NCBI GenBank assembly: GCA_963810165.1
Contig: CAWEMG010000049.1
Span: 11,366 to 75,365, forward strand
Length of the DNA stretch: 64,000 bases
DNA from: an uncultured Gemmatimonadales bacterium
GTDB lineage: Bacteria; Gemmatimonadota; Gemmatimonadetes; Gemmatimonadales; GWC2-71-9
Direction: 5' to 3'
Made by a program: the position numbers and the translations under genes. The notes under the pieces are model-generated. The model was not told the DNA's origin, did no database searches, and worked only from the letters and a program-made list of their open reading frames with translations. Of this stretch, positions 30,573 through 40,188 are shown piece by piece (positions within the stretch are counted from its first letter, which is position 1; every line of letters begins with the position of its first letter).

Positions 30573-31255
30573 CTCCGGCCAGCGGTGCTGCCTTCCTTCG
30601 CCTGAAACTCGGCACTCCTCTCAGCCTTCGCGGCGGACAAGGCCTTTCGCACTCCTTCGACATCGAGATCGCTGCCGTAGACCGGTGTCCCCGGCTGCTG
30701 CCGCCAGGACTCGTCCAGACTGCCCGCGTCCACTCCATCGAATCCCAGCTCGTCGAGCAGCCGGATGACGGTGCTCTTCGCAGCCTTGTCGTCGCCGGCC
30801 ACCGGCAGGGCGATGCGTCCGGGCGCGCCTCTCGGCTTACCGCGTTCCAACAGATGCCGGGCGTAGATGTTGTTGAATGCCTTGACGACTGGCCTGCCGA
30901 GCTGCTGGGCAACCCAGCGGCTCTCGGTGATACCCCGCTCGATCGCATCGATTCGCCCGTCTCGTTGCCGCGGGTAGTAGTTGCCGGTGTCGATCACGAC
31001 CACGTTGTCAGGCACGCCCTGGAATAGACCTGCTGGAAGACGAGCGACGTTCTTCATCGGAATGGTCACGATGACCACGTCACCCGCTCGGGCTGCTTCT
31101 TCCACCGTGACCGGCCGTATGCCGGTCTCCTGGGCCAGTGCAGCGAGAGAGGCTGGGCCGCGCGAGTTGGCGATGGACACGTCGTGTCCCGCCGCTCTGA
31201 GGCGCCGCGCCAGGGTGCCGCCGATCTGACCCGCGCCGATGATTCCGATTTTCAT
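30569..31255 (-). CDS. NAD(P)-binding oxidoreductase (NADPH-dependent F420 reductase-like)
   Basis: MKIGIIGAGQIGGTLARRLRAAGHDVSIANSR Rossmann start. ...LPVAGDDKAAKSTVIRLLDELGFDGVDAGSL. Intact, 228 aa. Confidence 0.75.
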   Translation of the reverse strand: MKIGIIGAGQIGGTLARRLRAAGHDVSIANSRGPASLAALAQETGIRPVTVEEAARAGDVVIVTIPMKNVARLPAGLFQGVPDNVVVIDTGNYYPRQRDGRIDAIERGITESRWVAQQLGRPVVKAFNNIYARHLLERGKPRGAPGRIALPVAGDDKAAKSTVIRLLDELGFDGVDAGSLDESWRQQPGTPVYGSDLDVEGVRKALSAAKAERSAEFQAKEGSTAGRS

Positions 31256-31341
31256 GTTTCCTCCTTACATATGTGCGTCGGCCACGGACGCAGGCGTCCC
31301 CTGCGCCAGCCAATATCTGAGTTTAACATCAATGCCGAGCG

Positions 31342-32378
31342 GTGCCCGACGTCTGTCGGACTGGACACCTTTTACCGCCGTACCGCCGTACCGCCATAGC
31401 TCGAGGTGAGCTGTTGCCCAACGCGATCGAAACCAGCGGGCTGGTCAAGACCTTCGGTGAGACTCGCGCGCTCGATGGTGTGGACCTCCACATTCGCGAG
31501 GGATCGGTCTACGGCCTGCTGGGGCCGAACGGCGCCGGCAAGACCACCGCCATCCGCATTCTCACCACCTTGCTCCGCCCCACGGCCGGTACTGCCAGCG
31601 TGCTGGGCCACGATGTCGTGCGCGAGGCCCGGGCGGTGCGCGAGAAGGTGAGCTTGACCGGCCAGTACGCCTCGGTGGACGAGGACCTCACCGGGTACGA
31701 GAACCTGATCCTGGTGGGACGGCTGCTGGGGCTCTCCTGGCGCGGCGCCCGGGAGCGCGCGTCGGAGCTGCTCGAGGCCTTCGGTCTGGCGGAGGCCGCG
31801 GGAAGGCAGGTGCAGACCTACTCCGGCGGCATGCGGCGCCGCATCGACATCGCCGCCAGCCTGGTGGCGATTCCGCGAGGTGCTCTTCCTCGACGAGCCG
31901 ACCACCGGGCTCGATCCCCGGAGCAGGAACCAGGTGTGGGAGCTGGTGCGGCGGATCTCATCGGAGGGGACCACCGTCCTCCTCACGACTCAGTATCTGG
32001 ACGAGGCCGACCGGCTGGCGGAACGCCTCGCGGTGGTGGACCGGGGCCGGGTCATCGCCGAGGGTACCAGCCGCGAGCTCAAGGCATCGGTCGGCGCCAG
32101 CGCGCTGCACCTGAGGCTCGCGAGCGCGGACCAGCGGGGATTGGCGGAGGAGCTGGTGGCGCGGGTCCTGGGCGATGGGCTCCTGCCGGTAAGCGAGCCG
32201 ATGGAGCTGGCGGTGCGGCTCTCGAACCCGGGTCAGGCGGCCGAGGTGCTCGCCGCGCTCACGCAGGCAAGCGTGGAAGTCGCCGAGTTCTCGGTGGGAA
32301 ACCCGAGCCTGGACGAAGTATTCCTGGCGCTCACGGGACGGCAGCGCGGAGCACCCCGTCCCGGAGGCCGTGACATGA
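31342..32378 (+). pseudogene. ABC transporter ATP-binding protein (DrrA/ABC-2 type), 2 frame breaks
   Basis: Walker [14 protein letters not shown]-loop, signature YSGGMRRR, then a frame break at about 31.875 kb before Walker [13 protein letters not shown]. As given, the ORF reads through into the permease. A shifted frame gives ...[12 protein letters not shown] with TGA 32376-32378 overlapping the permease ATG. The start is uncertain (GTG 31342 or TTG 31414). Confidence 0.85.
31373..31396. repeat. Three tandem octamers TACCGCCG
   Basis: TACCGCCG TACCGCCG TACCGCCA, immediately upstream of (or inside the 5' extension of) the ABC ATPase gene. Confidence 0.7.
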
Positions 32379-33202
32379 CCACCGACGTTCTTCCCTCGGG
32401 CGAGCGGACCCACCAGGTGCTCGCCATGGGGGCCCGGCCCCGCCCGGCCTCGGCCCTGTCTGCCGTCGCGACGCTGGCCTGGCGCGCCATGCTCAAGATC
32501 AAGCACGTCCCGTTTCAGCTCTTCGACGTGACCGTGATGCCGATCATGTTCACGCTCCTGTTCACCTACATCTTCGGCGGCGCGCTCGCGGGCACGCCGC
32601 GGCAGTACATCCAGTACCTGCTGCCGGGGGTGCTGGTGCAGACCGTCATCTTCATCACGGTGTACACCGGCATGGGGCTCAACACCGACATCAACAAGGG
32701 GCTGTTCGACCGGTTTCGTTCGCTGCCCATGTGGCAGCCGGCTCCCCTGCTCGGCGCTCTGGCGGGCGACCTGTTTCGCTATTCGGTTGCGTCGACGCTG
32801 ATTCTCGTGGTGGGATTCATCCTGGGCTTCCGCCCTCAGGGCGGCGCCGTCGGCGTGATCCTGGCCGTGGCTTTGGTGCTGGTGTTCGCCTTTGCCCTGT
32901 CCTGGCTCTGGATCATCGTGGGCATGCTGGTGAGAACGCCGGAGTCGGTCATGACCACCAGCTTTATTTTTCTGATGCCGCTGACATTCGCGAGCAACAT
33001 CTTCGTGGAGCTGTCCACCATGCCGGGCTGGCTTCAGGCCGTGGTGGGCCGGAACCCGGTGACCTACCTGGCGAACGCATCACGCGCGCTGATGCACGGA
33101 CAGCCGGCAGGGACCGACGTAATGTGGGTGCTGGTGGCGTCCGCCGTCATCGTGCTGGTGGCGGCACCGATTGCCATGAGGATGTATCGGAAGGAGAGGT
33201 AA
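32375..33202 (+). CDS. ABC-2 type transporter permease
   Basis: GGAGG lies 7 nt before ATG 32375. Six hydrophobic segments and the ABC-2 pattern (FDRFRSLPM...). Intact. Confidence 0.8.
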   Translation: MTTDVLPSGERTHQVLAMGARPRPASALSAVATLAWRAMLKIKHVPFQLFDVTVMPIMFTLLFTYIFGGALAGTPRQYIQYLLPGVLVQTVIFITVYTGMGLNTDINKGLFDRFRSLPMWQPAPLLGALAGDLFRYSVASTLILVVGFILGFRPQGGAVGVILAVALVLVFAFALSWLWIIVGMLVRTPESVMTTSFIFLMPLTFASNIFVELSTMPGWLQAVVGRNPVTYLANASRALMHGQPAGTDVMWVLVASAVIVLVAAPIAMRMYRKER

Positions 33203-33341
33203 GCGGGTAAGTAAGAAAGCGGGTAAGTGAGAAGCGGGTAAGCGGGTAAGCGCGACAGCGCGACAGCGGGACAGCGGGACAGCGTGACAGCGGGACAGCG
33301 GGATCAGCGGGACAGACGTGACATCGGGACGAGCGGACAGC
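33199..33341. repeat. Direct array of about 16 tandem octamers (GTAAGCGG units switching to GACAGCGG units)
   Basis: GTAAGCGG GTAAGTAAGAAAGCGG GTAAGTGAGAAGCGG GTAAGCGG GTAAGCGC GACAGCGC GACAGCGG GACAGCGG GACAGCGT GACAGCGG GACAGCGG GATCAGCGG GACAGACGT GACATCGG GACGAGCG GACAGC. The array starts on the permease stop codon. Confidence 0.85.
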
Positions 33342-33408
33342 TCCGCTCGGGACGGGAAGCCGTCAGTGCTGACCGGCGCTGGCCTCCGGTCAAGGAGAGT
33401 GACGCACG

Positions 33409-34461
33409 TTGCCGATCGCGGACCAGAGACTCCACAACCAGCGGATCACCCGTCCCGGCCCCCGCGGCCCGGAGAAGCTGGTCGCGTGGTTCGGCGCGGT
33501 GCAGGCTCAGGAGTATGGCCCGGCCAAATGGGGACTCGGCCTTCGTTCGCCGCCAGGCACGACCGATGCCGCCATCGAGCGCGCGATCGATCGGGGTCGC
33601 ATCCTCCGCACCCACATCCTCCGTCCCACCTGGCACTTCGTCGCCGCCGCCGACATCCGCTGGATGCTGGATCTCACCGGGCCTCAGGTGCAGCGCCGAA
33701 TGGGCCCCTACGACCTTCAGCTCGGCCTCGATGCCCGGGTCAAGGCCCGCGCAATGGGAGTCCTCGAGCGCGCACTCGGCGACAACGGCTGTCTCACCCG
33801 CCAGGAGCTCGGCCCCCATCTCCAGCGCGCCGGACTGCCGGCCGGCAACCGGGAGCTGGCCCACATCGCGATGTACGCCGAGCTGGAAGGGCTGATCTGT
33901 AGCGGCCCCCGGCGCGGCAAGCGGTCCACCTATGCGCTGCTGTCCGATCGCGCGGCGGCCACCGCGCGCTTGCAGCGGGACGAGGGGCTGGCCGAGCTGA
34001 CGAAGCGATATTTCCGGAGTCACGGTCCGGCCACGGTGCGGGACTTCGTCTGGTGGTCCGGACTGCCGACCTCGGATGCCAGGCGCGGGCTGGAGATTGC
34101 CGGCGCCCGGTCTCGCGATGTGGACGGCCTCCGGTACTGGTTCCTCGGCCGCGCCGCATCCGCCGGCTCTGTTGGGAAGAGCGCCGTACACCTGCTGCCG
34201 GTGTATGACGAATACCTGGTGGCGTACCGGGACCATGAAGTAGTACCCCGTCCCGCGTACGTGCTGGGAAGCTTTCAGCATGCGCTCGTGGTCGGCGGAC
34301 AGGTGGCGGGGACCTGGAGAACCATGCCGGCGGCCGAAGGATTCGTGATGGACGTCCGCCCACTCAGGCGGCTGACTCCGAGCCAGCGGCGCAATCTGGC
34401 TCAGCAGGTGGCGCGCTATCGTCGCTTCCTCCGGGTGCCGGTTTCGCTGTCGGTGACCTGA
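33409..34461 (+). CDS. Winged-helix DNA-binding domain protein (DUF1006 / AlkZ-like)
   Basis: 350 aa, intact. FGAVQAQEYGPAKWGLGLR...ILRTHILRPTWHFVAAADIRWML...YFRSHGPATVRDFVWWSGL...LLPVYDEYLVAY. Confidence 0.7.
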   Translation: MPIADQRLHNQRITRPGPRGPEKLVAWFGAVQAQEYGPAKWGLGLRSPPGTTDAAIERAIDRGRILRTHILRPTWHFVAAADIRWMLDLTGPQVQRRMGPYDLQLGLDARVKARAMGVLERALGDNGCLTRQELGPHLQRAGLPAGNRELAHIAMYAELEGLICSGPRRGKRSTYALLSDRAAATARLQRDEGLAELTKRYFRSHGPATVRDFVWWSGLPTSDARRGLEIAGARSRDVDGLRYWFLGRAASAGSVGKSAVHLLPVYDEYLVAYRDHEVVPRPAYVLGSFQHALVVGGQVAGTWRTMPAAEGFVMDVRPLRRLTPSQRRNLAQQVARYRRFLRVPVSLSVT

Positions 34462-34550
34462 CGGCGGGCGCTGGAGGCTGATCGCCCGGCACGCCAACGT
34501 GATGCCAACCGGTGGGAGCACAGTGCTGCGGTACGCTAGGTCTGCCGGCA

Positions 34551-35444
34551 TCAGCCGACTGAGCCCGCCAGCGCGGCCCCGACAGTCTCAGCCAGGCCCC
34601 GCCCGGACGACCCGTCCGGGTCGAGCCTGGGATTGTAAATCGTGACCTCCAGACCCACCGCGCGCCTTGACTCCACCGCCTGCCGCAGCGTCAAGCCCAG
34701 CTCGTCCCATGAGAGTCCGCCCGGAATCCGGTAGTCCACCGCCGGCATGATCGCGTCGTCCAGCACATCCGCGTCCAGGTGGATCCAGAATCCTTCCGGT
34801 GCGCCGCTCCGCATCAGATGCTCCATTGCGTCCTTCACCGTTGCCTCGATCCCTCGCCGCCGGATCTCGGCCAGGTCGATCGCCCGGATATTCGGCGCCA
34901 GCGGCTGGCTGCCGTACTCCGCCTGCTCCTCCGCGTCGCGGTAGCCGAACACGACCACATCCTGGTCCCGCACCAGCGGACGGCGCCCCTCGATATCGGT
35001 GACCGCTTCCGGTCCCCGCCCGGTGGCGAGCGCCAGGTCCATCGAGGCCGCCTGCCCGTTCGGGTTGGCCTCCGGATGGTAAAAGTCGGCGTGCCCGTCG
35101 ATGAACAAGAGCCCAAACCGGCCCCGGCGGCGGAGCGCCAGCATGCCGCCCAGCAGGATGGAACAGTCGCCACCCAGCACGACCGGAAACTCGCCGCCAT
35201 CGAGCACTTCGCCCACGGCATCGGCCAGCTGCCTGGAGTACTCGGCGATCGCGCGGGGATTCAGCATGCGCGTCCCGGGATCGATGTCGCCGCTGTACGG
35301 CGACCGCGGCTCGACCCGTCCCGCATGGCGGGCACGCAGCCGCGTCGCCAGGCCCGCGGCCAGGAGCGTGTCGGACAAGCCATCCACGCCGGTCGGCATC
35401 AGACCGAGTATGGAAGGCGCCTCGAGTACCGCGAACCGGCTCAT
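34551..35444 (-). CDS. Arginase-family (ureohydrolase fold) protein
   Basis: VVLGGDCSILLG, FIDGHADF, HLDADVLDD are metal-ligand motifs of the arginase/agmatinase fold. The start is taken as MSRFAV (ATG 35444). Confidence 0.8.
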   Translation of the reverse strand: MSRFAVLEAPSILGLMPTGVDGLSDTLLAAGLATRLRARHAGRVEPRSPYSGDIDPGTRMLNPRAIAEYSRQLADAVGEVLDGGEFPVVLGGDCSILLGGMLALRRRGRFGLLFIDGHADFYHPEANPNGQAASMDLALATGRGPEAVTDIEGRRPLVRDQDVVVFGYRDAEEQAEYGSQPLAPNIRAIDLAEIRRRGIEATVKDAMEHLMRSGAPEGFWIHLDADVLDDAIMPAVDYRIPGGLSWDELGLTLRQAVESRRAVGLEVTIYNPRLDPDGSSGRGLAETVGAALAGSVG

Positions 35445-35492
35445 GTCCCTATCATCACGGTCTGCGACGGTGTCGTCCAGTGTCACTACATT

Positions 35493-36070
35493 ATGGAACC
35501 GTATTTGGACGCCGACATGCGAGATACATGGCAGTGGAGGGCTGCGCTCGCCGGGCATCAGAATGCCGTAGGCGAGTTCCTGGCCGCCTGCAAACGGCTT
35601 GGGCCCGATGACTGGCAGCGCGCGACCGGCGCCGGGAAAGTGGACCGCCGCGGCCGTGGTGCTGCACGTCTGCCGCGCCTACGAGCTGGGCCGGGACGCA
35701 GCCGCCGGCGGCGAGAGCATGCGGCTCAAGGTCTCTCCCTCGGCCGCGTGGATCTCGCGGATGCTGATCCTGCCGGTCGTCCTCGTCTACCCACCGCTTT
35801 CCCCGTGGTGCGCGGTCGCCCCGGGAGGTCGTGCCCGACGCCGGCGAGGCGAGCGTGCTGCTGCCGGACGTCGCGGCGAAGCGGCTTCACGATGCGGCGG
35901 AACAGGCCGCGGAGCAGTTGCGGCAAGCCGCCGCTCGGCGCCCGGTGCCGCTAGTGACCCACGCCTATTTCGGTCCGCTCGCGCCGCTCGCCACCCTTCG
36001 CCTTCTCACCGCCCATACCGTGCATCACGCTCGAGATCTGACCGGCATGGCTTCGGGCCGGACGGTATAG
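35493..36070 (+). pseudogene. DinB / maleylpyruvate-isomerase-N-terminal-like protein, 2 frame breaks
   Basis: Pieces MEPYLDADMRDTWQWRAALAGHQNAVGEFLAACKRLGPDDWQR / WTAAAVVLHVCRAYELGRDAAAGG / ...VTHAYFGPLAPLATLRLLTAHTVHHARDL lie in three frames. Confidence 0.5.
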
Positions 36071-36090
36071 CCTTCACGTTGGAGTTCCCC

Positions 36091-36475
36091 ATGGATGCAA
36101 CCAGTACCACCGCGTACCGGGCGATCAATCTGCGCCGAGAAGCTCCGGATGGTCAGCGAGCAGTGGAGTCCCAGGGTCGTCGCCGAGCTGAACGACTATC
36201 AGTTCAAGGTCGTGCGCATCGAGGGCGACTTCATCTGGCACGATCATCCCGAGACCGACGAGGCGTTCCTGGTGCTGGACGGCCAGCTCCGCATTGACTT
36301 CCGGGATGGCGCGGTCGTCCTGGGGCCGGGCGAGCTGTACGTGGTGCCGAAGGGCGTCGAGCACAAACCCTACGCGGCCGGCGAGGTGCAGCTGCTGCTG
36401 ATCGAGCCGCGCGGGGTGGTAAACACGGGAGAGGCGGGCGGAGAGCGAACCGCGCCGAACGACGTGTGGATCTAG
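36091..36475 (+). pseudogene. Cupin domain protein, one frame break near 36.13 kb
   Basis: GGAG lies 6 nt before ATG 36091 ([14 protein letters not shown]). It then shifts to ORF 36095-36475 ([59 protein letters not shown]...[10 protein letters not shown]). Confidence 0.75.
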
Positions 36476-36490
36476 GGTAGACAGGTCTCG

Positions 36491-37010
36491 ATGACCGCAC
36501 CAATTCCCGAGGTCTGGCTCCGCGGACCGATCTCCGGCATTCAGCCGCTGCTACAGCCCGCCGCTCATGCCATCCAGCAGGTGGGTGAGGACGTCATTCC
36601 AATCGTGCGGGACCTGACACCGGCACAGCTCTGGGCCCGACCCGGAGGCGCCGCCGCGATTGGTTTTCACTTGGCCCACCTCCCCGGCAGCCTCGACCGG
36701 CTGCTGACCTACTCGCGCGCGGAGGGTCTCAGCCCCGATCAGATGGCGGCGCTCGCCGCCGAGCGGACAGTCCACGAGGATCGGCCCCGAGCTGGCACGT
36801 TGTTAGCGAGATTCCCGGCCGGATTGGAGGCGGCCGATCGATTATCTGCGGACGGTCCCCGCCGACAGTCTCCTTCTACCGCGAGAGGTCGGGCGCAAGC
36901 GGCTGCCTTCTACCACGCTGGGACTGATCTTCCACGCCGCCGAACACTCGTCTCGGCATGCCGGGCAGATCGTCACTCTTGTCCGGGTGGTCCGGGGTGA
37001 CGAAGGGTGA
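36491..37010 (+). pseudogene. DinB-family protein, frame breaks in the C-terminal third
   Basis: WARPGGAAAIGFHLAHLPGSLDRLLTY in ORF 36491-37000. The conserved end LPSTTLGLIFHAAEHSSRHAGQIVTLVRVVRGDEG* is in another frame and ends at 37010. Confidence 0.65.
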
Positions 37011-37085
37011 GCGCGTGACATCTTCTATGAGAACGCGAGGACCTTCTTTCGTTTGAAGGTAGTCCCGGTCCTGGCACCCCGTCAG

Positions 37086-37565
37086 CTACCGCATTCGGGT
37101 TCCCTCGGCTGCGCGAAGAGCCACCGAGTCCCGCCCGCCGATCTTGTAGCGCGCTTCGGTGGTGCCCACGAGCTTGTCGCCCTGGAGCCGATAGACGGTG
37201 CGGGTGGAGACCTTGGCTCCTTTGACAATGTAGCTCGCGAAGGGGCCGGCTTCGGTGACGATGCTATCTCCGCCAACCGCGACCACCCTGACGGGAACCG
37301 GCTTATTGTCCGGTCCCACCATGGTCCAGTCCGAGCTGTCGGCCGTAGCGCGGATATGGGTCTCGATCGGGGTACCGCCCTGCGCATCGGTCGTACGTAC
37401 CTTCCAGGTTCCGGCCAGCTCGCTGAGGGAGATGGGAATGGCCTCTGCGGTGGTCGCCGCTGTGGCGGCGGTATCGCCGGTGCTTGCGGCTCCGACCGAC
37501 CGATCCTCGGCCTTGGTGCAGCCGGCCAGGACGATCGCGCCGGCGAGAAGGGTGAGGTTTCGCAT
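37086..37565 (-). CDS. Lipoprotein, hypothetical
   Basis: MRNLTLLAGAIVLAGCTK lipobox. 159 aa, intact, beta-rich. Confidence 0.6.
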   Translation of the reverse strand: MRNLTLLAGAIVLAGCTKAEDRSVGAASTGDTAATAATTAEAIPISLSELAGTWKVRTTDAQGGTPIETHIRATADSSDWTMVGPDNKPVPVRVVAVGGDSIVTEAGPFASYIVKGAKVSTRTVYRLQGDKLVGTTEARYKIGGRDSVALRAAEGTRMR

Positions 37566-38048
37566 GACACCCTCGATGTTGAGGAGGTTGTATGGCAGGC
37601 GGCGCTAACTTACGGCCCGGTACCAGGAGGAGCAATCGAGTAGCGGTACATCTGCTGGCGGTGGGCGCCCTGACCGGGTGCGGCGACGGCCCACCCTGCC
37701 GGTTCCGGCCGAGCCCGGGTTCGTGCTGGCCGTCTCCATCCCCGGACTCATGGATACCACCGTCCAGTGCGACTCACCTATTGGCGGATCTTCCATAGGC
37801 CGGTTCCCATCGGGTCGCCGCGGGTGAAGAGCTTATTCTCGAGCTGCTCAGTGCTCGACCCGCCCACCCCTCGCTCGAGCGGAGCTACACACTATCGAAC
37901 GGAGCGACGAGCGATCGTCGGCCCCTCGTTTCACTCGGGGCAGGCTCTGCCGACTCACCGCGCTACGTCCCTCCAAGAACTTTCGAGGGCCTTCGACTGT
38001 GGCTCAGGGCGCCACCCTTTCACTTCTGATGACCCAGCAGCAGTATAG

Positions 38049-38288
38049 ATGATGGTTCATCCCGGCCACCTGATGCTCGGCCCAGTTCTCCTCGCATTTC
38101 TCGGCGGCTGCGCCGCGAACCATCAGACCGCGGCTGTGGCGAACGAAACCGAGCCGGACTGCTCATTCCGCTCCGCCGCCACCTGCTGGTCAGTAGGGGG
38201 CCGGTTCCCCACCCCGCCGTCTGTACGACCAGATCGTATCAGGGATTCTTTGAGCGTCCTCGCGACCGTCGCAGACAGCGCGCCCTGA
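38049..38288 (+). CDS. Small putative lipoprotein
   Basis: LGPVLLAFLGGCAAN lipobox-like. 79 aa. No other support. Confidence 0.3.
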   Translation: MMVHPGHLMLGPVLLAFLGGCAANHQTAAVANETEPDCSFRSAATCWSVGGRFPTPPSVRPDRIRDSLSVLATVADSAP

Positions 38289-38314
38289 GTCACTATGGGA
38301 GTGGCGAACACTCC

Positions 38315-39086
38315 TCACACCGCTGAAGCTTCGGGAAATAGCCGCTGCAACACCCCGGCCCATCTGGCCCTGAGCTGTTCCACCCGCTCTTCCGTATCTC
38401 CCCAGGCCGAAAGCCAGAGCACGACCTCCCGCTCGTGGACCCCCGGCCCTCCCGGCTCGACCGAGAGTCGGAACAGCGCGTCCGCAGGATCGTTCACGAC
38501 CGCGCAGAACTGGCTCGCCGGACGCCGGTCGAATACCTGTCCGCCGCTGAGCCAGGGCGACGAACTCCTCCTCTCCCGACAGCCGTGCCCACGCCTCTTG
38601 GTTCGAGACGGGTGTCCGGCGCCGAAGGTACACCACGTGCCTCGGCTCGCCGACGTGCCGTTCGAGATAGTGCTTGAGCGACCGTAGCTCGAAGGCCCAG
38701 CCCCGGTTGGTGCCTTCGACCCAGCCGTCCCACGCCGGATCGAGCGGGAAGCCCGAGGTGACCGCTCTGACCACCGTGCGTCCGCCCTTGGTCTCGACGT
38801 AATAGTCGGTAACCTGGGCGGCTCCCTCGTCGTGGAACTTCCAGCCGGTTCGGAGGTGGCGAGGAGGGTCCCACACCTGGATCTCGGCGGTCGCGGCGAA
38901 CTCGTTCAGCCACGACAGGTAGAAGCTCCCGCCGGGACCGGGCTCGACCTTCGCATCGAGCGGGAACCAACGGATCAGCTCGCGCTCGTCGGTCAGTGCC
39001 TGCCACACCCGATCCGCGCTCGCTCGGACGTCGATCTCCCCCTCCGCCGACCGCGTCTCCGCCAACTCCTTGGTTCGCTCAGTCAT
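38315..39086 (-). pseudogene. SRPBCC (AHSA1/START-like) domain protein, one frame break near 38.54 kb
   Basis: MTERTKELAETRSAEGEIDVRASADRVWQALTDERELIRWFP...VEGTNRGWAFELRSLKHYLE. The tail VVNDPADALFRLSVEPGG...WAGVLQRLFPEASAV* lies in ORF 38315-38497. The start overlaps the ArsR stop. Confidence 0.7.
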
Positions 39087-39705
39087 CGCCGGTCTCCTCG
39101 GGTCCTCGTGGTGGACGCGGGCCCGGGTACGCTCCCGCGACGACCCGGAACCAGCGTCCCGTGCCCTGCTCCTGGTGATGTTTCGCGACGACTTGCGCCA
39201 CCGCGCGCGCCAGGTCGCCCTGGAAGTAGTTGAACGCCGCCGGCGATCCCACTCGCACGCTGGTATTGACCGAGGCGGTGGCCAGCCGGGCCCGTTTCTG
39301 CTTGGCCCGGTCCAGCAGCTCCGCCAGCTCGCGCAGCGTCCTCGAGGCCAGCGCCACCAGATAGGTGGCGGAGAAACGGTCGCCCACCTCGTCCGGATCG
39401 GCCGCCACACTCCCGAGCGCCGCGGGATCCACCACATACTGGCGAGCGACCAGTCGCATCACCCGCTCCGGCTTGCTGCCCTTCCACCGTTCTTCGGCCA
39501 GCTCGACCTGCCCTGCCTCCTCCAGCAGGCGAAGGTGGTAGTTGAGCCGCTGACGGCTCTCGCCCAGGCGCCGGGCCAACCCGGACGCCGAGTCGGGACC
39601 GGCAGCAAGAGCTTCGATGAGGCGGCGGCGCTCCGGGTGCAGCAGCACTTGGGCCTGATTGGGCTGGCGGACGATCTGGAGCGAGGGGACAGCGGCGGCG
39701 GTCAT
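39079..39705 (-). CDS. ArsR/SmtB-family winged-helix transcriptional regulator
   Basis: LLHPERRRLIEALAAGPDSASGLARRLGESRQRLNYHLRLLEEAGQVEL. 208 aa, intact. Confidence 0.8.
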   Translation of the reverse strand: MTAAAVPSLQIVRQPNQAQVLLHPERRRLIEALAAGPDSASGLARRLGESRQRLNYHLRLLEEAGQVELAEERWKGSKPERVMRLVARQYVVDPAALGSVAADPDEVGDRFSATYLVALASRTLRELAELLDRAKQKRARLATASVNTSVRVGSPAAFNYFQGDLARAVAQVVAKHHQEQGTGRWFRVVAGAYPGPRPPRGPEETGDD

Positions 39706-39720
39706 GCTGTATTACAGTAT

Positions 39721-39742
39721 CTTGACAACTTATTTTGTCAAG
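39721..39742. promoter_or_regulatory. Perfect 8-6-8 palindrome CTTGACAA-N6-TTGTCAAG, candidate ArsR-family operator overlapping a -35-like TTGACA
   Basis: Located 16-37 nt upstream of the ArsR-family start codon (ATG 39705, minus strand). Both half-sites contain TTGACA/TGTCAA. Confidence 0.5.
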
Positions 39743-40188
39743 TTCAGGCCTCCCATCATGAACTCCTCCTCCCATCGACACCGCGAGGTCTCCGTTGCCG
39801 CTCACCCGGGTACCAAGGAAACGAGGGCTCACATGCGGGAACCATCACGTTTCCAGTCAATACACTCTCATCCCCTGGTTCTCCCTGGCCCGACCCTTGA
39901 CGCCCTCAAGCCCGGTCGGGATATTCGAGCCTACTGCTGTGGCCCGGCGCGCAGCGCCTGGTACCTCTGTTCCTGGGTGAGAATTTCCGTGAGACAAAGC
40001 GTTGTGGGCTCCCGGAGAATGCTCTCCGATCCCGATGTGCGGCGCTCCACCCCTGCTCGGGTCGGGCACGTCGTGCCTTCTGCGCCCGGCTGCACCTGGC
40101 TCCGGTCCTTCCACGGCCGGGGCCTTTCTGTATTGAAACACCTCTTCTCCGTGCCATCTGAGTGTCATCTGAAAGGACGTCACGCACC

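Noticed and set aside
33199-33341. Possible CRISPR array, because of the regular short repeats
   Set aside because: The period is 8 nt and there are no unique spacers between units. CRISPR repeats are 21-48 nt and are separated by spacers of similar length. No cas genes are present in the window.
37566-38048. A ~480-nt gene-free stretch as a possible hidden gene or ncRNA
   Set aside because: It contains only REP-like fragments and a low-complexity track ORF (37767-38048) made of those repeats. No coding or RNA signature was recognised.
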